Source: a virus (lineage: Duplodnaviria > Caudoviricetes). Taken from it: a DNA stretch of 64,000 nt. Below are positions 1 through 9,739 of this stretch, in pieces; within the stretch, counting starts at the first letter, position 1; each line of letters begins with the position of its first letter. The notes under the pieces are model-generated. The model was not told the origin of the DNA and did no database searches. It saw only the letters and a program-made list of their open reading frames with translations. The position numbers and the translations under genes are program-made. The stretch lies in the IMG/VR virus record IMGVR_UViG_2882178878_000003, positions 1 to 64,000 of that record; one strand, given 5' to 3'.

Positions 1-267
1 GATAACTGTAATTTCTCAAACAATGAATTACGTGTGACTGGCACAGGTGGATTCCATGCTACGCATAAAGCTCCGATTACGATTCATGCTGACACAATGA
101 AGTTAGTAAGAGTTGATGATAATACCATCGCAAATACTTCTTCATCGACAAAAGCTGTGGAGATCGTTGCAAGAAATAGCTCAGAGAAGGGTTCGATGCG
201 AGGAAATATGGCTAATTACGGTACGTTTACGGCTCCTTCAACTTTTAGTGTCTCAGAAAATACTTAA
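1..267 (+). CDS. C-terminal fragment of a prophage tail/baseplate-region protein (starts left of window)
   Basis: Frame 1 is open from base 1 to TAA at 267 and lies just upstream of the tail fibre gene; no family motif recognised. Confidence 0.55.
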   Translation, partial: DNCNFSNNELRVTGTGGFHATHKAPITIHADTMKLVRVDDNTIANTSSSTKAVEIVARNSSEKGSMRGNMANYGTFTAPSTFSVSENT

Positions 268-299
268 TCAACTATTAGTATAAATAGGATGTCAGGATA

Positions 300-1709
300 A
301 TGGCTTTTAAAACAATCTACACTTCTATCGGATTATCACTTGTTGCTCAGGCAGTAAGCCAAAATAAGACTATTGAAATCACCCACTTTGCAGTGGGTGA
401 TGGCGGTGGAAATTCAATTGAACCGAATGAGTCTATGACTCAATTGGTGCGTGAACGATACCGTGCAACCATCAACCGCATTTATCAAGACCCAGAAAAC
501 GAAAACAAATACACTGCTGAAATGATCATTCCAGTGACTGTTGAAGGCTTTGTTGTTCGTGAAATTGCTTTATTTGATCGTAATGGCAATATGGTATTGG
601 TTGGTAATACACCTGAAGTTCACAAGCCGACACTGGCAGAAGGAGTCACACAAGATTCGGTTTATCGAATTCCATTTGTGATTTCAAACCCTGAAGTACT
701 TGAATTAAATTTTGACCCGAATGTGATTATCGCAACACATCAATGGATCCTGAATACACTGACCCCTGCTAATATGTTTCCAGGCGGTACCATTGGCCAA
801 GTACTCAAGAAAAAAACCAATGCCGATGGTGATACTGAATGGGCAGATGCCGGATCTGCAGAAGTGTTTGTCAACACGATTGAAGAAGAACAGTCTTTAG
901 TGGCCGACCAGACCATTGTTGATTTGACCACAGTCAGCACACATGGCGCGGCAGTCTATATCAATGGTGTACGCATTACCAATAAGGCCGGTGCAGATGG
1001 CTGGATCGCAACATCAGCCACACGTATTACTTTAGGCAAAGCCTATCCTGGTACAAAAATTCTAATTGTTCAAAATGAATCGCTTGGTGCCGCGCCTTAT
1101 CCCTTAGCTCAAAAAAATAATTTATCCGATGTAGCAAATAAACCATTGGCGCGCCAAAACTTAGGCGTCATGAGTGCCGACGAAGCCAAATACAGTGACT
1201 GTCCACCAGGCACAGTGATTATGCTGGCCACACCCAGTATACCTACAGGCTATCGCTTGCTTAAATGTAATGGTGCAGTTGTATCACGTACTGCATACCC
1301 TGAACTGTTTGCAGCGATCGGCACTTACTTTGGCGCTGGTGATGGTGTGAATACTTTTAAACTTCCTGATCTTCGTGGTGAATTCTTACGCGGGTGGGAT
1401 GATGGCCGCGGTGTGGATTTTGGGCGAACTTTTGGAAGTCAGCAACTTAGTGCTATGCAAGACCACTATCATGGAACTGGTGATTTTTTATCTGATGGTA
1501 ATGACGATTGGTATCCAATCTTGCGTGATAATTGGAGTGGAACATTTCCTGCACGATGGGTGCCAGGTGAAAGTCAGTATTATTCAGGTCAAACCATTCA
1601 AGGTGGTTCTGGTGGACGTAGATATACAGGGACATCAAATCAACAGGTCGTATCAGGCACTGAAACGAGACCTCGAAATTATGCCATGTTGACTTGTATT
1701 CGCTACTAA
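300..1709 (+). CDS. Phage tail fibre protein (P2 gpH-like): N-terminal baseplate-attachment domain, C-terminal tail-collar domain
   Basis: N-terminal FAVGDGGG...VVREIALFD motif; tail-collar motif CPPGTVIM...LKCNGAVVSRTAYPELFAAIG...FKLPDLRGEFLRGWDDGRGVD. Confidence 0.9.
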   Translation: MAFKTIYTSIGLSLVAQAVSQNKTIEITHFAVGDGGGNSIEPNESMTQLVRERYRATINRIYQDPENENKYTAEMIIPVTVEGFVVREIALFDRNGNMVLVGNTPEVHKPTLAEGVTQDSVYRIPFVISNPEVLELNFDPNVIIATHQWILNTLTPANMFPGGTIGQVLKKKTNADGDTEWADAGSAEVFVNTIEEEQSLVADQTIVDLTTVSTHGAAVYINGVRITNKAGADGWIATSATRITLGKAYPGTKILIVQNESLGAAPYPLAQKNNLSDVANKPLARQNLGVMSADEAKYSDCPPGTVIMLATPSIPTGYRLLKCNGAVVSRTAYPELFAAIGTYFGAGDGVNTFKLPDLRGEFLRGWDDGRGVDFGRTFGSQQLSAMQDHYHGTGDFLSDGNDDWYPILRDNWSGTFPARWVPGESQYYSGQTIQGGSGGRRYTGTSNQQVVSGTETRPRNYAMLTCIRY

Positions 1710-1724
1710 CAAAGGATATTTAAA

Positions 1725-2009
1725 GTGCCAAATAAAATCGTTTATCAATTAAATATTACTGGTTTATTTGTTGGTGAAACACTGGCTGATGAATCACCAA
1801 TGGAACCTGGTATTTTTCTTATTCCCGCCGGTTGTGTCGAACTGGCACCACCGGAAAGCTGGCCAGAAGATCAGTGGCCACGCTGGAATGGATTTGAATG
1901 GGAGCTGATCCAAAAGCCACGGGTTCCAGAAGCTGTTTCAGCTGAAGCAAAACTGGCAGAGTTTTTGTCACAAAATCCTGATGTACTGCAGCTGATCCAA
2001 AAAAATTAA
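1725..2009 (+). CDS. Tail fibre assembly/accessory protein
   Basis: Follows the fibre gene; VYQL...G...ADESPMEPGIFLIPAGC...PP...W.G..W pattern typical of fibre chaperones. Confidence 0.7.
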   Translation: MPNKIVYQLNITGLFVGETLADESPMEPGIFLIPAGCVELAPPESWPEDQWPRWNGFEWELIQKPRVPEAVSAEAKLAEFLSQNPDVLQLIQKN

Positions 2010-2013
2010 GTGT

Positions 2014-2064
2014 GTTGTACTGCACTTTTAAACAACTGCCACCGCTACCCATCAAACCCATGAT
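2014..2064 (+). promoter_or_regulatory. Putative Ogr-family-activated late promoter of the sheath-tube operon
   Basis: Inverted repeat GTTGT-N13-ACAAC (2014-2036), resembling phiCTX-type late activator boxes; CATGAT -10-like hexamer at 2059-2064. Confidence 0.5.
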
Positions 2065-2113
2065 TTGTAAGCCTGTCATCTGAATATAACACCAGATCAC
2101 AGGCTTAATTTTT

Positions 2114-3286
2114 ATGGCTCAAGATTCATACCATCATGGCGTTCGCGTCATTGAAATCAATGAGGGCACGCGGCCTATCCGCACCGTGTCCACTTCCGTC
2201 ATCGGCATCGTGGCCACAGCAAGTGATGCCGATGCCACCATCTTCCCTGAAGACACCGCAGTCTTAATTACCGACGTTCAGGCAGCTGTGAGTAAGGCAG
2301 GCGTGCAGGGCACACTGGCTCGCACACTGCAGGCCATTAGCGATCAGACCAATGCGCTAACTGTTGTGGTACGTGTACCAACCAAACAAACACCAGCAGA
2401 GCAGAAAACCGCTGTTATCGGTGGTGTAGTGAACGGCAAATATACCGGCATGAAGGCCTTGCTGGTGGCTGAAGCCCAGCTCAAGGTCAAACCACGTATT
2501 TTAGGTGCACCAGGACTGGATTCAGCAGAGGTCGCGCAAGCCCTGGTATCCATTGCTGACAAACTACGTGGCTTTGCCTATGTATCTGCATCAGGCTGTC
2601 AAAGCAAGGAAGAAGCCACTGCATACCGTGATACTTTCGGTGCACGTGAACTGATGGTCATCTGGCCAGATTTCCTGGGCTGGAATACCACCACAAATAC
2701 CACCACCACATTTGAAGCCACCGCACGTGCTTTAGGCCTGCGTGCCAAGATCGATAATGAAATCGGCTGGCATAAAACCTTGTCAAACGTGGCAGTCAAT
2801 GGTGTTACCGGTATTAGCAAGGACGTGTTCTGGCAGCTGCAAAGCTCTGATACTGATGCAGGCTACCTCAATGCCAATGAAGTCACCACGCTGATCCAGC
2901 GCGACGGTTTCCGTTTCTGGGGTTCACGCACCACTTCAGCTGATCCGCTATTCCAGTTTGAAAACTATACCCGTACTGCACAAATCCTGGCTGACACCAT
3001 GGCTGAAGGACATATGTGGGCCGTGGATAAACCAATGCACCCATCCCTGGCTCGAGACGTCGTGGAAGGCATTAATGCAAAATTCCGTGACTTAAAAAGT
3101 GCTGGTTACATCATTGATGGCCAATGCTGGTTTGATCCTGCGGCCAATCTTAAAGAGACCCTGAAGAATGGGATTTTACGCCTGGATTATGACTACACCC
3201 CAGTACCACCACTGGAAGATCTCACCTTGCGTCAGCGCATCACAGACAGCTACCTGTCTGACTTTGCTGCCCGCATGAGCCTATAA
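2114..3286 (+). CDS. FI: Tail sheath protein (P2 FI family)
   Basis: [22 protein letters not shown] start, PRILGAPG and GFRFWGSRT motifs. Confidence 0.97.
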   Translation: MAQDSYHHGVRVIEINEGTRPIRTVSTSVIGIVATASDADATIFPEDTAVLITDVQAAVSKAGVQGTLARTLQAISDQTNALTVVVRVPTKQTPAEQKTAVIGGVVNGKYTGMKALLVAEAQLKVKPRILGAPGLDSAEVAQALVSIADKLRGFAYVSASGCQSKEEATAYRDTFGARELMVIWPDFLGWNTTTNTTTTFEATARALGLRAKIDNEIGWHKTLSNVAVNGVTGISKDVFWQLQSSDTDAGYLNANEVTTLIQRDGFRFWGSRTTSADPLFQFENYTRTAQILADTMAEGHMWAVDKPMHPSLARDVVEGINAKFRDLKSAGYIIDGQCWFDPAANLKETLKNGILRLDYDYTPVPPLEDLTLRQRITDSYLSDFAARMSL

Positions 3287-3299
3287 GGAATTACAAAAT

Positions 3300-3815
3300 A
3301 TGGCACTCCCTAAAAAACTCAAATTGATGAACCTGTTTAACGAAGGTAATTCCTACCTTGGTGAAACAGGTGAAGTCACCCTGCCAAAGCTTGGCCGCAA
3401 GTTTGAAAAATGGCGTGGTGGCGGTATGAACGGCGCTGTCGATGTCGATTTTGGACTGGACGATGCAATTACTGAAATGTCCTGGAAGCTGGGCGGTATC
3501 GATCCACTAGTCATCCGCCAGTTTGGGGTTACATCAGTATCCGGTATTGGCTTGCGCTTTGCCGGTTCTTACCAGCGCGATGACACTGGCGAAACCTCGG
3601 CAGTTGAAGTTGTTGTGCGTGGTCGGCATCAGGAAATCGATTTTGGCAATGCCAAATCTGGTGATGATACCGAGATGACCATTAAAACCATCTGGAGCTA
3701 TTACAAGCTCACCATTGATGGAAATGTGGAAGTTGAAATTGACATTCCTAACCTGGTTGAAAAGGTCAATGGCGAGGATCTGCTTAAGGCCCATCGCAAA
3801 AACATTGGTTTATAA
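3300..3815 (+). CDS. FII: Major tail tube protein (P2 FII family)
   Basis: MALPKKLKLMNLF...RGGGMNG...EID signature directly after the sheath. Confidence 0.97.
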   Translation: MALPKKLKLMNLFNEGNSYLGETGEVTLPKLGRKFEKWRGGGMNGAVDVDFGLDDAITEMSWKLGGIDPLVIRQFGVTSVSGIGLRFAGSYQRDDTGETSAVEVVVRGRHQEIDFGNAKSGDDTEMTIKTIWSYYKLTIDGNVEVEIDIPNLVEKVNGEDLLKAHRKNIGL

Positions 3816-3825
3816 GTTTCCTCCC

Positions 3826-3859
3826 CCTTGTGTGGCCATGTGCTGCACAAGGTTTTTTT
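3826..3859 (+). terminator. Probable intrinsic terminator/attenuator after tail tube
   Basis: CCTTGTG...CACAAGG stem followed by a T run. Confidence 0.55.
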
Positions 3860-3894
3860 AAATAACGCTGTTTTAATTCTTTAAGGATATTTTT

Positions 3895-4194
3895 ATGTCA
3901 AACGCAAACACTCAACCAGTTCAGCTGGATCATGGCTTTCCTCGTGCTGGCGAACAGGTTAAGGAAATTAACCTGGTTAAACCTAATACCGGACATTGCC
4001 GTGGCCTAAGCTTAAAAGACGTATTGAGCTTTGAGGTAAATGCCCTGACGGTACTGCTACCGCGTATCACTGTACCTGCCATGACTGCACAGGATGTACT
4101 AGCTCTTGAGTTAATGGACACGCTCAAAATTGCAGAGGCTATTACCAATTTTTTAGCACCTACCGAACCATCCCAAGCAGCGTTGACGAAGTAA
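3895..4194 (+). CDS. E: Tail assembly chaperone gpE
   Basis: 99 aa between tube and tape measure; LVKPNTG..RGLSL...LLPRIT motif of P2 gpE. Confidence 0.9.
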   Translation: MSNANTQPVQLDHGFPRAGEQVKEINLVKPNTGHCRGLSLKDVLSFEVNALTVLLPRITVPAMTAQDVLALELMDTLKIAEAITNFLAPTEPSQAALTK

Positions 4195-4307
4195 TTGCAA
4201 ACATTGCTATAGCATTCGGCTGGACTCCAGCCGATTGTGCCGATTTTGATTTTGATGAGTTAATGGCATGGGAAGAGCGTGCCATTGCTCGCACACAACA
4301 AGAGTAA
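3895..4307 (+). CDS. E': gpE+E' produced by -1 programmed ribosomal frameshift
   Basis: Slippery T TTT TTA at 4149-4155; the -1 frame reads STYRTIPSSVDEVIANIAIAFGWTPADCADFDFDELMAWEERAIARTQQE to TAA 4307, matching the P2 gpE' pattern. Confidence 0.85.
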
Positions 4308-4311
4308 TAGC

Positions 4312-7179
4312 GTGAGTAAGCTAGATTTAAGTATTATTATTAAATTTGTTGATCGGGCGACACAACCTATTCGCCAGTTCCAGCAGAATGTCCAAAATAC
4401 CAATCAATCCATTGATCGACTTACTCATGCTGTTGATCGTCTGGAGCAGGGTTTAAACGGTACTTCATTAAGCCGTTATAGCCGTCAGCTTAATACGGGT
4501 TCTAGTAATATTAATAGGCAGAGTAATGCACTGCATGAGTTGCATCAAGGATATGACAAGGTAGCTCAAGCAATTGATAAGGTTCGTTTAAAATCAAAAT
4601 CATTATCTGAATCGCTTGCTAATAGTCGCGTAAAATTGCGTCAAGAGGCAAAAGGTTTAGGCGTTGGCTTATTAGGCGCAGGATTTGCTGCTTCTATTCC
4701 AATCAAGGCTTTTGCCGATGCAGAAGATGCCAGTACAAAATTAAAAATTTCTATGATGGATAGCTCTGGAAAAGTTGCATCAGAGTATGAGGCCATCAAT
4801 AAACTTGCCACCAGATTAGGCACTCAGTTACCCGGCACCAATGCAGATTTTCAGCTCATGATGACCAATCTGGTTCAGCAGGGCATATCCTTTAAATCTA
4901 TTTTAGGTGGCACTGGCGAAGCAGCAGGCAATCTGGCTGTTCTCTTAAAAATGCCATTTGACCAAGCAGCTGAATTTGCCGCAAAAATGCAGGATGCTAC
5001 AGGTACTGCTGAAAAAGATATGTTGAGCCTGATGGATACCATCCAGCGCACCTCATATTTAGGCGTTGATTCAACCAATATGCTTGGTGGCTTTGCCAAA
5101 CTGGGTGCAGGTATGCGTCTAATCAAGCAAATGGGGTTAGAGGGTTCTAAAGCAATGGCACCGCTATTGGTTATGGCGGATCAGAGTGGCATGACAGATT
5201 TATCCAGTGCTGGTAATGCTTACAGTAAGGTATTTAAAGCCATGCTGGATCAGGGCGAAATTAATAAAACCCTGAAAAAACAAAAATCATCATTTGCGCT
5301 GGATTTCAGTAATGGAAAAGGGGAGTTTGGTGGGCTGGACAAGATGTTCAAAGAGCTAACCAAACTTAAAAACCTGAATACCCAGCAGCGCATGAAAGTG
5401 ATTGAAGGCATTTTCGGTAACGATGCTGAAACCATGCAGGTACTTAACTTATTAATTGATAAGGGTAAGCAGGGTTATGAAGATACGATTGCTAAAATGC
5501 AGCGTCAGGCTGATTTGCAAACCCGTATCAAGGCATCGTTAAGCACCCTGACTAATTTGTGGGATCAGGCCAAAGGCTCAATGACTAATGCCCTTGTTGA
5601 TATTGTTTCTACTATCAGTCCTGAATTAAAAGAGTTTGTAAACCGTATTAGCAGTGTCGCTGAAAAAATTAGTATATGGGCTAAAGCTAACCCAGAGTTG
5701 ATCCGTACTATTGCAAACATTGCCTTAAAACTGCTGATGTTCAAAGTTGCCATGCTCGGCGTGCGTTATACGGGTAATTTATTGTTTGGCACGATTTTTA
5801 GCATGATTGCAGGTATTACCAAGCTGTCCCTCATGTTTTGGCTCTTAAGCAAAGCGGCTGATAAGTTTGGCATTAATCTACCTAACAGATTTACCCTGAT
5901 TACTCGGGGTCTGCGTTTGTTAATACAAAATTTTGGCTTTCTGGCACGAAATGCACTACCTCTGGTATTAGCTGGCTTACGCATGTTGGCTGTAGGTTTA
6001 TTAACTAATCCATTAACCCTGATTATTACGGGAATCGCAGTTGCAGCCTTACTTATTTATAAATATTGGGCACCTATCAAGGCCTTTTTCACTGGCTTCT
6101 GGGAAGGCTTAACCTCTGGTTTTTCAGCCACTAGATTAATCATTAGTGATTTTTTCGACAGTATTGCACCAGCAGTAGAGCCGATTAAACCAGTATGGAA
6201 TTGGCTGGTTGATAAATTCACGATATTTAAAGGTGTGCTTGGTGAAATCTTTACACCATTTGCCGCAACCAATGACCAACTCCAGACTGCTAATCAGGCA
6301 GGACAAACATTTGGGACATGGGTAGCCATTGTCACAAGCGCACTATTGGCCATGAAAGTAGCTCTGATTGCTGTGTCAGCTATTCAAGGTTTGGTTGCTT
6401 TCTTTAGTACCTTAACAGTTGGCTTATCTGGTGCAGCAGTGGCGGCATGGTCATTTATGGCACCTTTCTTACCAATTATTGCTTTAGTCGCCTTATTAGC
6501 AGGATTGGTTTATCTGGTTATCAAGAACTGGGAACCTATCGAAGAATTTTTTAGCGATTTAGGGACATCGATTACAGAAAAATTCACCTCTGTAAAACAA
6601 TCTATCACTGACAAATTTGCGCCGATCGGCAGCTGGTTTGGGGCACGTATGACAGAAGCAAAAACGGCTTTTGGTGGTGGCATTGGTGGCATGAGTAAGC
6701 TCATCACCAATTGGTCGCCGCTAGGCCTGTTTTATTCTGCCTTTGCCAAGGTATTAAGCTGGTTTGGTATTGATCTGCCTGCCAAGTTTACTGATTTTGG
6801 CAGCCTGATCATTAATGGCTTAATTAATGGGCTAACTTCTGGTTTTGAAAAATTAAAAGGGGTATGGGCCAATATCAAGGCGTCCATGTCTTCCTTCAGT
6901 TTTAGTACACCAGCTTATTCTGGTGCACCAGCCAACCCAGCCCTGGCAAAAATACCTATCGTCACACCACCCATGGTCAGCAAGATTAAGCCAGTCCAGC
7001 TGCAGACACGCCCAGCTGCTGCACCGGTACATGTTCAGGGCGACACCATTCATATGAATATTCACCCAACACCTGGCATGTCACCACAGCAGATCGCACA
7101 GCAGGTCAGAACCGAAATGGATCGGCGTGACCAGCAAAAGCAGGCGCGTGCACGTGCCAGCTATAATGACAATCGCTAG
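4312..7179 (+). CDS. T: Tail tape measure protein
   Basis: About 955 aa, helical/amphipathic, after the chaperone; GTG at 4312 preferred over 4279, which overlaps E'. Confidence 0.93.
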   Translation: MSKLDLSIIIKFVDRATQPIRQFQQNVQNTNQSIDRLTHAVDRLEQGLNGTSLSRYSRQLNTGSSNINRQSNALHELHQGYDKVAQAIDKVRLKSKSLSESLANSRVKLRQEAKGLGVGLLGAGFAASIPIKAFADAEDASTKLKISMMDSSGKVASEYEAINKLATRLGTQLPGTNADFQLMMTNLVQQGISFKSILGGTGEAAGNLAVLLKMPFDQAAEFAAKMQDATGTAEKDMLSLMDTIQRTSYLGVDSTNMLGGFAKLGAGMRLIKQMGLEGSKAMAPLLVMADQSGMTDLSSAGNAYSKVFKAMLDQGEINKTLKKQKSSFALDFSNGKGEFGGLDKMFKELTKLKNLNTQQRMKVIEGIFGNDAETMQVLNLLIDKGKQGYEDTIAKMQRQADLQTRIKASLSTLTNLWDQAKGSMTNALVDIVSTISPELKEFVNRISSVAEKISIWAKANPELIRTIANIALKLLMFKVAMLGVRYTGNLLFGTIFSMIAGITKLSLMFWLLSKAADKFGINLPNRFTLITRGLRLLIQNFGFLARNALPLVLAGLRMLAVGLLTNPLTLIITGIAVAALLIYKYWAPIKAFFTGFWEGLTSGFSATRLIISDFFDSIAPAVEPIKPVWNWLVDKFTIFKGVLGEIFTPFAATNDQLQTANQAGQTFGTWVAIVTSALLAMKVALIAVSAIQGLVAFFSTLTVGLSGAAVAAWSFMAPFLPIIALVALLAGLVYLVIKNWEPIEEFFSDLGTSITEKFTSVKQSITDKFAPIGSWFGARMTEAKTAFGGGIGGMSKLITNWSPLGLFYSAFAKVLSWFGIDLPAKFTDFGSLIINGLINGLTSGFEKLKGVWANIKASMSSFSFSTPAYSGAPANPALAKIPIVTPPMVSKIKPVQLQTRPAAAPVHVQGDTIHMNIHPTPGMSPQQIAQQVRTEMDRRDQQKQARARASYNDNR

Positions 7180-7191
7180 GAGCCAGTAGCT

Positions 7192-7659
7192 ATGATGATG
7201 ATTCTAGGCATGTTTGTATTTATGTTGCCGACTGCCACCTACCAGCAGCTGCAGCGCACTAACACCTGGCGGCATGCCAGTAATTCGCGGGTAGGCGATG
7301 CACCGGCGTACCAGTTTGTAGGGCGTGGGGAAGACACTATCACACTGGATGGTAGCATCATGCCAGGCTTTAAAGGTTCTGCCTTGTCACTCACTGCATT
7401 ACGGGTTATGGCAGATACGGGTAAAGCATGGCCACTTATTGGTGGCACTGGAGCTATTTATGGTTTATGGATCATTGAAAGCCTGTCTGAAACCCAAACC
7501 TATTTTTTCAAGGATGGGAAAGCCCAGAAAATTGAGTTTACCCTGACATTAAAGAAAACTCAGGCTACTGGTGCACTCATTAACAATGTTCTAGGCTCAC
7601 TAGGCGCCACAGGCGTTCTGGGCACAGTGGGTTCCATTGCCGAGAAGTTTTTAAAATGA
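7192..7659 (+). CDS. U: Phage tail protein gpU
   Basis: MMMILGMFVF...YQQLQR...WRH...RVG..PAYQFVG.GEDTITLDG motif. Confidence 0.93.
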   Translation: MMMILGMFVFMLPTATYQQLQRTNTWRHASNSRVGDAPAYQFVGRGEDTITLDGSIMPGFKGSALSLTALRVMADTGKAWPLIGGTGAIYGLWIIESLSETQTYFFKDGKAQKIEFTLTLKKTQATGALINNVLGSLGATGVLGTVGSIAEKFLK

Positions 7660-9314
7660 GCATTATCTCATCTGCCATATCAGTTGTATCTGGTATAAAA
7701 AACAAATTGGATAGTAGCTATCCTACTGCTATTTATAAACTGGTGGTGAATGGCAAGGATATTGGCGCAATGCTAGCACCACGCTTAATGCGCATGACCA
7801 TTACTGATAATCGTGGTCTGGAATCCGATACCATAGAAGTTGAGCTGTCCGATCATGACGGTCAGCTTGAACTGCCGCCCAAAGGGGCAGAAATTGAAGT
7901 ATCGATTGGATGGAGTGACACCGGACTGGTCTATAAAGGCAACTACACCATTGACGAACGCGAGCATAGCGGCGCACCTGATGTCCTCACCTTGCGCGGC
8001 TCATCAGCCGACCTAAAAGCCATCTTTAAACAAAAACGTGAGCGTAGTTTTGACGGCAAAACCATAGCCGATATCGTCACCATCATTGCTGAAGAACAGG
8101 GACTAATTCCCCAGATCAGTGACGAGCTGGCTGATATTGAACTGGCACACATCGATCAAAATGAATCTGATGCCAACCTCATTACCCGCATTGCCGATGA
8201 ATATGACGCCATTGTTACGGTTAAAAATGGCAGCATGCTATTTATGCCTAAAGGTGACGGAAAAAGCCTGACCGGTTTTGAATTTGCCATCCAGCCAATC
8301 TATCGCAACATGGGCGACAGCCACCGTTATTCTGATTCCAGCGGCAACGATGATGTTACTGGGGTGACCTGTTATTACTACGACAATGACAAAGCAGAAA
8401 AGCAGAAAGTCACGGTAGGACAGTCCAATGAAAACACCAAAGAACTACGTCACATCGAGCGCGATAAAAACAGTGCCACGCACAAAGCACAGGCTGAATT
8501 TAACCGTATTCAAAGTCGCGCCATGAGCTTCAGCTACAACTTGGCCAAAGGCATGCCTCAGCTATTTCCTGAAATACCCATGCAATTTTTTGGATTAAAG
8601 CCGGAAATTGACGACATTATCTGGCTGGGTACCCGCATCGTTCACACACTGGATGCCGACAATGGCTATACCACCGCGCTTGAGTTAGAAATCAACTTGC
8701 CAGATTCTGACGTCATCAGCCAAATCATTGATGATGCAGACGAACAGGAGTTCACTGGCGTTGTTGCATTTTATAAAATTGGTAAGGGGCAAACTGGCAA
8801 AGTCACCAAAGGCGATCAGACCAAACCAAAACGACTCGCTCGCCTTTTTATCAATGCCTTAACGGCTACCCATGCCGCCGAACGGGAATACAATATCATC
8901 AAGGGTATTGATGAATCAGAAATTAAATATACAGGCGTTATTGCAAGTTACGAAGAAAGGGGAATCTTAAAAACAGTGACAATAGGCAATCCAGCCACAC
9001 CTAAAAAGCTCACCTATCCCTATAAGACCCGCGAAACTGCCTTGCGTGGTGCCCAGCGTGAATGGGATGAAATTAGGGGAATTAAGCCCACCAAAACCAC
9101 AAAATCGACCTCTAGCAGCAAAATCCAGTTGTCTACCAGCTATACAGGCATTAATGCTAATTATGAAAGCGGCAAAGACAAACTGACCGTCAAACGGGGA
9201 GATCAGAGCCGGCCTTATACATTGCCAAAACTGTATAAAACCCAGCGTACTGCTGTAACAGCCGTTAACCGAGAATATCAACGGCTACTGGCGTTAAAAA
9301 AAGCTAAAAAATAG
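7656..9314 (+). CDS. D: Baseplate hub / late control protein gpD with repeated C-terminal extension
   Basis: ITDNRGLESD...GAPDVLTLRG...HIDQNESDANLITR motifs; about 200 extra C-terminal residues. Confidence 0.9.
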   Translation: MSIISSAISVVSGIKNKLDSSYPTAIYKLVVNGKDIGAMLAPRLMRMTITDNRGLESDTIEVELSDHDGQLELPPKGAEIEVSIGWSDTGLVYKGNYTIDEREHSGAPDVLTLRGSSADLKAIFKQKRERSFDGKTIADIVTIIAEEQGLIPQISDELADIELAHIDQNESDANLITRIADEYDAIVTVKNGSMLFMPKGDGKSLTGFEFAIQPIYRNMGDSHRYSDSSGNDDVTGVTCYYYDNDKAEKQKVTVGQSNENTKELRHIERDKNSATHKAQAEFNRIQSRAMSFSYNLAKGMPQLFPEIPMQFFGLKPEIDDIIWLGTRIVHTLDADNGYTTALELEINLPDSDVISQIIDDADEQEFTGVVAFYKIGKGQTGKVTKGDQTKPKRLARLFINALTATHAAEREYNIIKGIDESEIKYTGVIASYEERGILKTVTIGNPATPKKLTYPYKTRETALRGAQREWDEIRGIKPTKTTKSTSSSKIQLSTSYTGINANYESGKDKLTVKRGDQSRPYTLPKLYKTQRTAVTAVNREYQRLLALKKAKK

Positions 9315-9389
9315 TTACTTAAAGCACAAATATTTAACCGAATTTGCTATGATGGACATAAAATAATCAATGGAAGTTTACAGAAAATT

Positions 9390-9653
9390 ATGGCTCAACG
9401 TAGCAAATTCCAATGTCCACACTGCAAAGAATCAATGACGATTCGTTCAAGCCGGGAAGCGCATCCACTCTTGCGCCAGCTTTGGTTTCAGTGCAGTAAT
9501 TATTTATGTGGGTTTACCTGTGGCGGTAATCTGGAAATCACCCACCAGATTTCACCAAGCGCCTGTCCACGTCCTGGCATCCAGCTTAAAACCCATGATG
9601 AGATCACGGCCCAGCGGAAGGCCGCGAATGATGAATTGGCCAACTATACTTGA
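9390..9653 (+). CDS. ogr: Ogr/Delta-like zinc-finger late transcription activator
   Basis: CPHC...QCSNYLCGFT C4 zinc finger in the P2 position after gpD. Confidence 0.9.
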   Translation: MAQRSKFQCPHCKESMTIRSSREAHPLLRQLWFQCSNYLCGFTCGGNLEITHQISPSACPRPGIQLKTHDEITAQRKAANDELANYT

Positions 9654-9739
9654 ATTTACTGTAGACCAACTATTAGTTACTAAATTTTAGGGGCAATTAG
9701 CTGTTAAAATAATTCTTTAAATTAAAAAGATAATATCGA

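Noticed and set aside
300-2009. Invertible tail-fibre cassette or diversity-generating retroelement
   Set aside because: No invertase, no inverted second fibre end, no reverse transcriptase and no adenine-specific repeat pair found in the window.
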